From positions 3,844,001 to 3,908,000 of the forward strand of contig OZ024740.1 in assembly GCA_964016885.1 (NCBI GenBank): a DNA stretch of 64,000 nucleotides, written 5' to 3'. Below, piece after piece: positions 13,152 through 24,556 of the stretch. The notes beneath the pieces were generated by a model, which was not told the origin of the DNA, ran no database searches, and saw only the letters and a program-made list of their open reading frames with translations. The position numbers and the translations under genes were made by a program. Origin of the DNA: Eledone cirrhosa. Its lineage: Eukaryota. The number at the start of each line of letters is the position of its first letter. Position 1 is the stretch's first letter.

Positions 13152-13623
13152 GTAAGAATGTTGTAAATGGTCTAACTTAAGTCAACGACTATTTATATTT
13201 TCCAACTCACCCCAAACACGGAAATAATCAATAAAACTAAATACATGACGCTTTACCCCTCTAATACAATCTGATTATCTCTCTCTACTCCCCTTAAAAA
13301 TCGATAAACTACATACATGCTGCAACTTTCTCTTATATACGCTTAAACCCCCTTCTTACAAACTTCCTTTAGGAATGCGGAAGAAAGAAGAGAGAAAGAA
13401 ATGAAGGAGAGAGAGAGAGAGAGAGAGAGAAAAAAAATAAAGAAGTGAGCGAGAGAGAGAGAGTGAGAGAGAGAGAACGTTTGTTTTTGAGTGTGGAACG
13501 GTCAAACATTTATTTACTTCAATGACAATGAAGAGAACTTATTAAATTTCATACCAAACAACAATTATCTAAAAGTAGGTAAGAATGTTGTAAATGGTCT
13601 AACTTAAGTCAACGACTATTTAT
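13152..13623 (+). repeat. 45-bp perfect direct repeat (13152-13196 and 13579-13623) around a (GA)n tract in the Helitron 5' region
   Basis: GTAAGAATGTTGTAAATGGTCTAACTTAAGTCAACGACTATTTAT occurs twice. (GA)n lies at about 13407-13476. Confidence 0.9.
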
Positions 13624-13880
13624 TTTTTCGCAAATCACCCCCAATTACATTTTGTGTATAACATATTTAAACGTTTATTGAAAATAGAAACAACATAGGG
13701 ATTTTTGGCCAAACAACTTCTACTTGCTGAGAGAAGCGCGCTTTCACCAAACTGTGAGTTATTTATTCGCCGTACGTTCTGCCCCCCCCCCCCCTGCAGA
13801 ACGCCTCCAGTTTTCAGCCTTATACTTTCAAAGGCAATTTTGCAGTAGAAGTAACTTTCACCCTTTGTTTTTGACATAAA

Positions 13881-16800
13881 ATGCCACCTAAAAAGAGAAG
13901 TTTCCTCGGTCGCCATACTGCATCAGCGGCGGCGCAGAGGGCGATTACAGCAAACGAGTCCTACGAGGAAACTGCTTTAAGACTTTCACAGAGCGCCTTA
14001 CGTTCGGCGGAATGCAGAGCTGCTGAAAGTTTCCAACAACACACCGCACGCCTAGCCAAGATGGCTTCATACGACGTCTCGAGACGTGCTGCGGTGTGCG
14101 ATTCAGAGCGGGAGATACGTTATTAAAAAACACCGCTTCTATTGCTGCTTCCAGGGCTTCAGAGGGCCCGGAACAAAGGTCGACTCGCCTGGCTAGAAAC
14201 GCTGCTGCTACTGCTGCTTCCAGGGCTTCAGAGGGCCCGCAAAAATGGTCGACTCGCCTGATTAGAAACGCTGCTGCTACTGCTGCTTCAATGTTTGGAA
14301 CGGTGGACGACTCGCCTTGCTAGGAACGCTGCGGCTATGACTGCTTCCATGGCTTCTGAAGATGCAAACGGGCGGTCCATTAGGATTGCAAGGGTGGCTT
14401 CTGCTACTGCTGCGAGAGCTTCCCACGACTCACAGGAGCAACATTCTACGTTGGAGCGGAACAGTCGACGAGGAGAAGCTGCCCACGGTATGACGAGCCC
14501 CAAAAGCCCATACTGGCACCTATGAGCTTTCAAGTATGAGCCCAACGTTAACTACTCGATGCGCGCCGAAAATAAATATAGGGGAAATACGCTTCAATTG
14601 CAAATTCTGCAATGCTAAAAAGTGGGCTGCAGAGCAACCTGCAATGTGCTGCTTAAACGGTAAGGTCAGCTTGCCCCTCTTGGGGAACCGCCAGAGCCTT
14701 TGAAGGAACTACTTACTGGTTCTACCTCAAGGTCATCCAAATTCTTTCAACTCATCAGGAAGTACAATTGTGCATTTCAAATGACTTCTTTCGGGGCTAC
14801 CGTTGTCAGAGAAAGTGGTTGGATGCCTACTTTCAAAGTCCAGGGGCAGGTGTACCACCTTATTGGGTCACTCCAGCCACTACAAAATTGCAAGCCTTCG
14901 TTCCTTCAAATTTACTTCATTTCTAACTACAGTAGGCAAGTTGATGCGCGGTTCGGCGTTATTCCAACACCTGCAAACACTGACACTGACAATTTTGACA
15001 GGGACGTGCTGCTCGGTCTTGAAAACATGCTTCATGAGCACAACAGTTACATTCGCAGTTTCAAATATGCCTTGGAAACAGTCCCTTCACCAAACGTCAC
15101 CATTGTCATCGATGCTGACAAAAGACCTTCTGGGGAGCACGCACGCCGTTATAACGCTCCTTCGTGCAATGAAGTGGCCGTAGTTATCCATGGTGGACAG
15201 CACAATAAGCGAGACATAGTTCTTCAAAGCCGTGACAGTGGTCTTCAACGTATTAATGAGACGCATCGTTCATATGACGCCCTGCAGTATCCCTTTCTTT
15301 TTCCGTACGGAGAAGACGGGTACCATTTCGGCATTCCTCAGCGCAAACCAAACGTGCCCACTGCTGCGACATCTAAAACTGTTTCAAGTATGGCTTTCTA
15401 CTCATACCGCTTCATGACGAGGCCTAACGATTTCAGCACCCTACACAGGTCACGGGAACTGTTTCACCAGTTTGCAGTTGACATGGCTGCAAAGATGGAG
15501 TCCGAGAGACTGTGCTTCATCAAATTGAATCAGAAGCAGCTGCGCTCACACTCCGACATCCATTTGCGTGACGGCATCAGGAATGACACTGACCCCCGGA
15601 ACATCGGCAAGATGTGCATTCTCCCCTCAACCTATACGGGGGGGGGGACATGCACGAGCGAACACAGGACGCTATGACGTTCGTTCGGCATTATGGGCAC
15701 CCCGATTTATTCATCACGTTTACATGTAACCCAAAGTGGGTTGAGGTAACGCGGGAACTTATTCCAGGGCAGCAGTACTGCCATCGCCATGATATTATTG
15801 CCAGGGTTTTCAGGCAGAAGCTGGCTAAGCTAATTGATCTAATAAAAAAAAGGGCAGGTTTTTGGGCCTGTTAAGTCCCACATGTATACTGTTGAGTGGC
15901 AGAAAAGAGGGTTGCCACACGCGCACATTTTGGTTTGGTTGGTCACCAAAATAGACCCTACAGTTCTAGATGACGTCATCACAGCGGAAATCCCAGACCC
16001 CGTTGTTGACCGGCAGCTGTACGACATTGTGAAGGCACACATGGTGCACGGTCCGTGCGGTCCCAGTTTTCAAGAGTTCTCCTCATGCCACAAAGACCAT
16101 GTGTGCACTAAACGATACCCCAAAGAGGTTCTTTGAGGAGACCCAGACCGGCGGCGACGGATACCCACTGTACAGACGAAGGCGGCCTGAGAACGGTGGA
16201 TTCACTATGACGTTACGGGGGTCATCGTGTTGATAATCGGTGGGTGGTCCCGTACTGTCCATTTCTGATGAAAACTTTCAACGCTCATATAAATGTGGAG
16301 TTCTGTCATTCAGTGAAGTCAATAAAGTACATATGTAAATATGTTAACAAGGGTTCTGATGCTGCCATGTTCGGCCTTTAAAACGACAATAGCAGGGATG
16401 AGGTCTCGGAGTACTTGGCAGGTCGATATATCAGCAGTGGTGAGGCTTTTTGGCGGATATTCGGGTTTCCACTTCACCAAAGGCACCCCGCCATCATACA
16501 ACTAGCGGTTCATTTGGAAAACGGCCAGCGGTCTTACTTTACTGAACAGACTGCTGCTCATTTGGCGGCCAATCCTAAAGAAACAACTTTGACTGGTTTT
16601 TTTACGCTTTGCCAACTTGACACATTTGCAAAAACACTTTCATATCCTCAGGTCCCGTCCTACTACGTGTGGTCAAACAACACTTGGGTGCGTAGGAAGT
16701 CAGGTCAGGATGTTGAAGGACATCCTGGTGTCAAGTTTGACAGTTGTCTAGGAAGAGTGTACACTGTACCTCCCAGCCAGCATGAGTGTTTTCACCTGCG

Positions 16801-18666
16801 ACTTCTCCTCTATGAGGTTTTTGGCCCACAAAGCTTTCGAGACATAAGAACTATTGACGGTGAATTATGAGATACTTTCCGGGAAGCCTGCTTTAGGCGT
16901 GGCCTTTGGAGGATGATTCACAATGGGGCGTCACTATGGCAGAGGGCGTTTTGTTGAAATCTCCTAAAATACTTTTCGCTATTCTACTCCTATGGTGCGA
17001 CATGGGTGATCCTGCCTCTTTATGACTTAGCTACAAAGATTACATGTCTGAAGATTTCCTGCGTCACGCTCAGTTGCTAAACCCATCGATGGAGGTCGGG
17101 TACAGTGACCTCATTTACAACAGGGCGCTGCTTGAAATCGATGATACTGTTCTCGATATGGGCGGTAGTGCGTTGGCAGTGTATGGCCTAACTTCAACAA
17201 ACCGGGAAGGCGCAAACACTCTGTCTTCGGATTTGCTGTGTGAGACATCTTATAATGTTGACGAGCTTGCCCAGTACATAGCGGAGAATGAGCCAAAGCT
17301 CCTTCCAGAACAGAAATTCGCTTACAACTCTGTTGTTAATTCTGTCCGGGGCAAAGCTGTGAGGATTTTTTTCCTGGACGTTCCTGGGGGGACTGGGAAA
17401 ACTTTTGTCACCAAATTAATATTAGGTGAGATTAGGCGAACAGAAGGCATTGCCTTAGCTGTGGCATCATCTGCAATTGCGGCTACTTTGTTGCCAGGTG
17501 GCAGGACAGCTCACTCCTCTTTCAAGCTCCCGCTTGACTTAGCGAAGACTGAGACACCCACTTGCAACATCAGTAACAGCTCTGATCAGGCAGATGTGTT
17601 CAGACAATGCAAGCTTATCATTTGGGGCGAATGCACGATGGCCCACAGAGGTGCTCTTGAGACGCTAGATAGAACTCTGAAAGACATCAAAGACTCTACG
17701 GCTCCCATGGGAGGCATAACACTTCTTCTTTCAAGGGACTTCAGGCAAACGCTTCCCGTTATTCCCAAGGGGACTAGAGCTGAAGCAGAATATGCGTGTC
17801 TTAAGTCATCCGCATCGTGGCCCTGGTGAAAACTCTGAAACTTAACACTAACATGCGTGCTCATATGCGAGGTGATATCGCATCAGCAGCATTTTCTCAC
17901 ACCCTCCTTGGACTTGGCGAAGGCAAAACGCTCGGGGATGTAAAGGGTAATATTGCCATCGACTTACTTTGTACCGTTGTTAGTACGCCTTCTGATCTCA
18001 GGGATGCAGTGTTCCCAGATCTCCAAGCAAATTATCAGAATATGGATTGGCTTGCCCAAAGGGCTATTCTGGCCCCGAGGAATAAAACTGTTAACCATAT
18101 AAATGATCAAATGCTAAAACTCATTCCTGAGGATGGCTACCTATATAAGTCTATCGATAGAACTCCTGACTCCGAGGACGTCATCAACTATCCAATAGAG
18201 GTACTAAATTCCTTTGAGCCCCCCGGATTACCCTCACACATTTTGAAACTTAACGTTGGTGCCCCTATAATGCTCATTCGAAATTTGGTTCCGCCGAAAC
18301 AATGCAATGGCACACGTTTGGTCGTTAAGTCCTTAGCTCCCAATCTGATTGAGGCCGCCATGATAATCACAGGGTGCGGTCGGGGCAAGGTTGTGCTCAT
18401 ACCGAGGATGCATCTTTTCCCATCAGGAGCAGACCTACCTTTCACATTTCAGAGGTCCCAGTTCCCGGTCAGGCCATGCTTTGCAATGTCACTTAACAAA
18501 GCACAGGGGCAAACACTGTCTGTCGCGGGAATACATTTGGGGGAGCCGTGTTTCTCTCATGGTCAGCTTTATGTTGGCTGCTCGCGTGTCGGCAGCAAGA
18601 GTGATGATTTCCCGTTCGTTCCGCAAGGAAAAACAAAAAAACATTGTGTACAAGGAGGTTTTATAG
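13881..18666 (+). pseudogene. Helitron RepHel (HUH replication initiator plus Pif1-like SF1 helicase), multiply disrupted
   Basis: Zn-finger-like CKFC..KW..E...CC..GKV at about 14598-14670. Rep motifs PDLFITFTCNPKW, VEWQKRGLPHAHIL (HUH) and SIKYICKYVNKG (Y2, about 16319). Helicase motifs FFLDVPGGTGKTF, IIWGECTM, RDFRQTLPV, FAMSLNKAQGQTL, HGQLYVGCSRV, NIVYKEVL*. Several in-frame stops (14124, 16379, 16868, about 17023) and many frameshifts. Confidence 0.95.
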
Positions 18667-19550
18667 GATTACCTTGATTCCTAATTTTATAACTTTTTTA
18701 TTTTTTTATCTTTTGCCTTTTCGTGAGTACTTTCTAAGTAGGTTAACCGTCACTGCAGTGCACTGGACACTCCCCACCATCGGCCGTACAAAGGCTGATT
18801 CTCGCGGTGTTACAAAGCTTCATTGCAACTCTGACTCTACTCAAATATCAGCTGTTGCTCCTCACCAACCCCCGTTTGGTGGGCCTCGGAGGACCATGGA
18901 CAGGTTAGTATTTCACCTCCGTACGACTCTCAAAGGGTCAACAATGCTTTAATGATGGGATTTACATTTTTAGGCGGTTCCATGCAATTACTTCACACTT
19001 CACCAACACCTGGCCTCCGCTCAGCTCTATTTCCCTCCCTCCGTCGGCACAGCAGCAGGCTCATCTTCTATGTCCGACGTACATGATGTACCAACCATAC
19101 AATGACCCCTGTTCCTCTTCTCTGGTTCTCATAATTCGACAATGTTTTCAGGCCCCTGTTTGCGGTTCCCTCATTCCGCCCCCCTCGCCCGTTAAAAGAT
19201 GTCATGCAGAACAACTCCATCGCAGCTCTGTTGTTCGGCTGGCATCGTCTACGCGCGTGTTGCGCAAGTACTGTGAAACAATAAATTTCAACACTTCTTT
19301 GCACAGAGATAATACCCATAGGCGAAATTACAATTGTCCAGGTCTGCAATTCATTCACCCAGTGCCTGGCAGACAAAAAAGTGCTGCCATAGAATGGGTG
19401 GTGCAACCTAACTTTGGTAACTTACTGACCCTATAGAAATTTTTCTGGGGCAAGACAATCTGTTGTAGTTGTTTTTGTTTAAGTACAGCTGACCTCCTCC
19501 ATTGTGTTGGTAGTGTAGTGGTGTTAAGGGGTCATATTTATATATACTCA

Positions 19551-19595
19551 TAAGTGCAAGCATGGAGAAACGGGTGTAAAAACGATGATGATGAT
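19551..19595 (+). mobile_element. RTE or SINE tail remnant
   Basis: GCAAGCATGGAGAAACGGGTGTAAAAACGATGATGATGAT resembles the tail at 20883-20929. Confidence 0.6.
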
Positions 19596-19637
19596 ACATA
19601 TGTATATACATATATATGTGTGTGTGTATATATATAT

Positions 19638-19860
19638 TTGCAAGAGATGTCAACATGAATGGACCTGTTATTTTTATCTAAAGACATTTTTTCCAATTCC
19701 ACCCTGCCCGTCCCTTCAATCTATCTTATTTCTCATTCTTTCTTCTGATGAAGGACTAGCGTCCGAAACGTTAAGACCCTCTTCTTGCTATATCAAGCGT
19801 TAATCTAATATATCCCTTCCACATACTGTACCGGTTGTGTTGTTATTTCTGTTTACCTTT
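19638..19860 (+). mobile_element. Probable Penelope-like element terminal-repeat remnant
   Basis: Pyrimidine-rich segment between two TA/CA microsatellites that contains a minimal hammerhead. Such ribozymes are an established feature of Penelope-like pLTRs. Boundaries are approximate. Confidence 0.5.
19741..19776 (+). ncRNA. Minimal type I hammerhead ribozyme
   Basis: TCTT-CTGATGA-A-GGAC(TAGC)GTCC-GAAAC-GT-T-AAGA: conserved cores CUGAUGA and GAAA, 4-bp stem II, 4-bp stem I (TCTT/AAGA), palindromic ACGT stem III. Confidence 0.8.
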
Positions 19861-19887
19861 TACACACACACGCACATATATATATGT

Positions 19888-20535
19888 GCAATAAGTAGCA
19901 GCAAGTGCCCACAAAATACTAGCTCTTTCAATTGCGCAGAGGGTTCTATAGAAATAGTGGACAGCTTCCGTTACCTGGGCGATAAAATCAGCAGTGGGGG
20001 AGGGTGCTCTGAAAGAACAGTAGCTAGAGTCAGAACTGGTTGGAAAAAGTTCAGAGAGCTTATACCACTATTAGCTGCTAAAGGGTTCTCCCTAAAAATG
20101 AAAGGCAGGTTGTACGATGCCTGCATACGAACAGCAATGTTGCATGGCAGTGAGACCTGGGCATTGTGTACAGAGGATATACGCAGACTAGAGAGGAACG
20201 AAGCTTGCATGCTCCGCTGGATGTGTAACAGTAATATACGTGAACGGCAAAGCATAAACGAACTAAGGAAAAAATTAGAGATAAGAGGGATCAGATGTTG
20301 TTTACTCGAGAGAAGGCTACGTTGGTATGGACACGTGATGCGCATGAAAGTCGATAGCTGTATAACAAAGTGCAGGGCAATAAAGATAGACGGTAGCCAC
20401 GGAATAGGCAGACCTAGAAAAACCTGGGACGAGCTGATAAACTCCGACCTCACACACTTACACCTCTCCAAGACAATGTCACTGGACCGAGACCTTTGGC
20501 GGTACTCAGTAACAGAGAAGACCCGCCTTACCTAA
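19888..20535 (+). pseudogene. RTE LINE ORF2 C-terminal fragment (end of RT and thumb region), stop-free
   Basis: Motifs IEIVDSFRYLG, KGRLYDACIRTAMLHGSETW, RRLRWYGHVMRM, GRPRKTW, DRDLWR. The RT catalytic core is absent. Confidence 0.92.
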
Positions 20536-20929
20536 ATATATAGTAAAACCTACTCCAGCCAGTAAGCATCTCTAACAAAATACACCCCGTCCCACCCCCA
20601 CCACCCCACCCCATCCACACCACCCCGTTCTATGTAAAGTTATGTTGGTGCCGCGCCATCCAGGCCGAAACAAATGAGATCGTGTAGGTGTCACGACAAA
20701 AAACACACAGTCCACGCTGTAATGTGGTCGTGTAGGCAACACGGTAAAAACCTCCCAGACCCACACTGTAAATGTGGTTGGTGTTAGGAAGGGCATCCAA
20801 CTGTAGAAAACCTGCCAGACAGTCCTATGCGAGCAAGACAATCACTCTTGCCTCAAGTGGGACTACCCCCGTCCAAACCCATGCAAGCGTGGAACACGGA
20901 CGTTAAACGTTGATGATGATGATGATGAT
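19888..20929 (+). mobile_element. 5'-truncated RTE-clade LINE with 3' region and (GAT)n tail
   Basis: ORF2 C-terminus followed by about 390 bp of 3' sequence (AGGAAGGGCATCCAACTGTAGAA) ending GGACGTTAAACGTTGATGATGATGATGATGAT. Confidence 0.9.
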
Positions 20930-21265
20930 ATATATATACAGGCACATCAATATATACATCAATACATATATACACCTGTTTACCAGAGGGTTTTGTTGGT
21001 AAGTTTCCATGAAGTTCCTGAAAATTAAATTGTGTATCTAGAGTATAAACATTGGTCAGTTCCTGACTATATCGAAGAACAGCCAACAATAGACATGATT
21101 CTCTGCTATAATAATGGTTGGTTGCGTTGCCATTCAGTGTACCATTCCAAACCAAACAGCCTAAATCTAAACTCATGGTAAACTAATCAATACTTAGTGT
21201 TTACTTTTGATTCCTTTCTCTCTTTTTGGAGTCTTTTCTTGTTAAATCAGAAGAAATTTCTAACG

Positions 21266-21294
21266 ATATATATGTGCATATGTGTGTATATATA

Positions 21295-21365
<71 letters not shown>

Positions 21366-21385
21366 ATGTGTATATATATATATGT

Positions 21386-21449
<64 letters not shown>

Positions 21450-21617
21450 ATATACATATAAATATACATATATATACACATATAAATATACATATATATA
21501 TACATATAAATATACATATATAGATACATACATACATATAAATATACATACATATATATACATACATATACATGCATATATATATTCATACATAGACATA
21601 TACACATGCACACATAT
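21266..21617. repeat. (TA)n/(CA)n compound microsatellite
   Basis: Direct inspection. Confidence 0.97.
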
Positions 21618-22085
21618 GGTTAACAGTTTCTGTCATCTCTGCATATCTTAACTGATGGAAACATCAGTCTGGAAGATTCCAAGATAAAGAAGCTTATTGA
21701 TTAGCATTGTTTATAAGTTAAGGATTTGGTAAAATAATTAGTAAGATAACTGATGGATTTGTCAGATGTCTGTAGACCACCATATTGATTTGGTTTATTC
21801 ACTGGTATTGATGGCAAATATTTTCTTTATATAATACATGAATGTTGTGGTGGTACAGAACCCATTAAAGTTTCAGGTGCTGATTCTGCACCATCATATA
21901 AAAATGGTGATGGGCACTGTCCCTCCCTTCATCCCTAAACAGTAAAACAATATTAAACTGTGTTACTAGGTTATAACAGCACAGCTGTGTAGATTATAAC
22001 ATGCTTGAATACCAGTTCCTTGTGTGGTTAATCTGAGAGTGAAAGGGAAAGTAATGGATCTGAGGTTGAAGTAGAGAAGTAAAGG

Positions 22086-23991
22086 TGTAGTACAGTAGTA
22101 TTGGATATAGATGTAGTACAGATGTAGTACAGATGTAGTACATATGTTAGTATAGATGTTAGTACAGATGTAGTACAGATGTTAGTACAGATATAGTACA
22201 GATGCAGTACAGATGTAGTACAGATGTAGTACAGATGTAGTACAGATGTTAGTACAGATGTAGTATAGATGTAGTACAGATGTAGTATAGATGTAGTACA
22301 GATGTAGTACAGATTTTAGTACAGATGTTAGTACAGATGTTAGTACAGATGTAGTACAGATGTTAGTACAGATGTAGTACAGATGTTAGTACAGATGTTA
22401 GTACAGATATAGTACAGATGTAGTACAGATGTTAGTACAGATGTAGTACAGATGTAGTATAGATGTAGTACAGATGTAGTACAGATGTTAGTACAGATGT
22501 TAGTACAGATGTAGTACAGATGTTAGTACAGATGAAGTATAGATGTAGTACAGATGTTAGTACAGATGTAGTACAGATGTAGTACAGATGTTAGTACAGA
22601 TGTAGTACAGATGTAGTATAGATGTAGTACAGATGTAGTACATATGTTAGTACAGATGTTAGTACAGATGTAGTACAGATGTTAGTACAGATGAAGTATA
22701 GATGTAGTACAGATGTTAGTACAGATGTAGTACAGATGTAGTACAGATGTTAGTACAGATGTAGTACAGATGTAGTATAGATGTAGTACAGATGTAGTAC
22801 AGATGTTAGTACAGATGTTAGTACAGATGTTAGTACAGATGTATTACAGATGTTCGTACAGATGTAGTATAGATGTAGTACAGATGTTAGTACAGATGTT
22901 AGTACAGATGTAGTACAGATGTTAGTACAGATGTTAGTACAGATGTAGTATAGATGTAGTATAGCTGTAGTACAGATGTAGTACACATGTAGTACAGATG
23001 TAGTACAGATGTAGTATAGATGTAGTACAGATGTGGTACAGATGTTAGTACAGATGTTATTACAGATGTTAGTACAGATGTATTACATATGTTAGTACAG
23101 ATGTAGTATAGATGTAGTACAGATGTTAGTACAGATGTAGTACAGATGTAGTACAGATGTTAGTACAGATGTTAGTATAGATGTAGTATAGCTGTAGTAT
23201 AGATGTAGTATAGATGTAGTACAGATGTAGTACAGATGTTAGTACAGATGTTAGTACAGATGTAGTACAGATGTTAGTACAGATGTAGTATAGATGTAGT
23301 ACAGATGTTAGTACAGATGTAGTACAGATGTAGTACAGATGTTAGTACAGATGTAGTACAGATGTAGTATAGATGTAGTACAGATGTAGTACAGATGTTA
23401 GTACAGATGTTAGTACAGATGTTAGTACATATGTATTACAGATGTAGTACAGATGTTAGTACAGATGTAGTACAGATGTAGTACAGATGTTAATATAGAT
23501 GTAGTATAGATGTTGTAGACATGTAGTATAGATGTAGTACAGATGTAGTACAGATGTAGTACAGATGTTAGTACAGATGTAGTACAGATGTAGTATAGAC
23601 GTAGTACAGATGTAGTACAGATGTTAGTACAGATGTAGTATAGATGTAGTACAGATGTAGTACATATGTAGTACAGATGTTAGTACAGATGTAGTACTGA
23701 TGTTAGTACAGATGTAGTACAGATGTAGTATAGATGTAGTACAGATGTAGTACATATGTAGTACAGATGTAGTACAGATATAGTACAGATATAGTACAGA
23801 TGTAGTACATATGTAGTACAGATGTTAGTACAGATGTAGTACAGATGTAGTACATATGTAGTACAGATGTTAGTACAGATGTAGTACAGATGTAGTATAG
23901 ATGTAGTACAGATGTAGTACAGATGTAGTACAGATGTAGTACAGATGAAGTATAGATGTTAGTACAGATGTAGTACAGATGAAGTACTGTA
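22086..23991. repeat. 11/12-bp minisatellite (AGATGTAGTAC / AGATGTTAGTAC), roughly 170 units
   Basis: Interspersed 11- and 12-bp units with TAC/TAT variants. Confidence 0.97.
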
Positions 23992-24255
23992 TCTAGATGT
24001 AATGTAAAGATAAGGCTGGAGTAACCATTAAGTCCAATAAACTCTTGTCTAAGAAGGACACCATTTTATTCAAATTAAATGTATTTTTCATTACGTCTAC
24101 AGACATCTGATAGGTGGCTGGGTGGGGGGTAAACGACCTTTAAAATACTTAGGGCCTCAAAAGAAGTTACTCCTAAATAAGGATCACAGAGGAGATGATG
24201 ATGGAGTGTGAGTGGTTGAAAGATGCTGAGGATCTGTCTAACTTATGATGGATTG

Positions 24256-24556
24256 TGATGGTAGGGGTGATGGTGGTTGGGGTGATGGGGGTAGGGTTGA
24301 TGGTGGTAGGGGTAGGGGGTAGGGGTGATGATCGTAGGGCTGGTGGGAGGAGGGGTGATGATGATGGTGGGGGTAGGGTGATGATGGTGGTGGGGGTAGG
24401 GGTGATGATGGTGGTAGGGGTAAAGGTGGGGACAATGGTAGTGATGATGATGGTGGTGATGATAGTGGTGATGATGGTGGTGATGATGGTGGTGATGATG
24501 GTGATGATGGTAAGGGTAGTGATGGTGGTGATGATGGTAGGGGTAATGGTAGGGGT
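24256..24556. repeat. (GGT/GAT)n low-complexity trinucleotide tract
   Basis: Direct inspection. Confidence 0.9.

Larger units (their letters stand above)
13055..19440 (+). mobile_element. Helitron rolling-circle transposon, decayed; 3' boundary uncertain
   Basis: Putative 5' end A|TCATTATCTATAAAAGGCAG (5'-TC after A; 13061 is an alternative). Contains a Rep-Hel coding region and is visibly richer in GC and CpG than the flanks. No canonical hairpin plus CTRR 3' end was found. Confidence 0.8.

Noticed and set aside
19366-19412. Hairpin TGGCAGAC-AAAAAA-GTGCTGCCA as the Helitron 3' terminator
   Set aside because: The nearest CTRR (CTAA, 19407) is followed by C rather than the expected T, and the stem is bulged. 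The 3' end is left unresolved.
20975-21176. Possible small minus-strand exon (ttttcag|GAACTTCATGG...CTCTG|gtaaac) or 107-aa ORF
   Set aside because: Plausible splice sites but only about 34 nt and no recognisable homology. Not supportable without transcripts.
21197-21651. Ile/Tyr-rich ORFs
   Set aside because: Translations of the (TA)n microsatellite.
24020-24172. Possible next minus-strand exon (MSVDVMKNTFNLNKMVSFLDKSLLDLM)
   Set aside because: Several competing weak acceptors in different phases, a weak donor and no recognisable homology.
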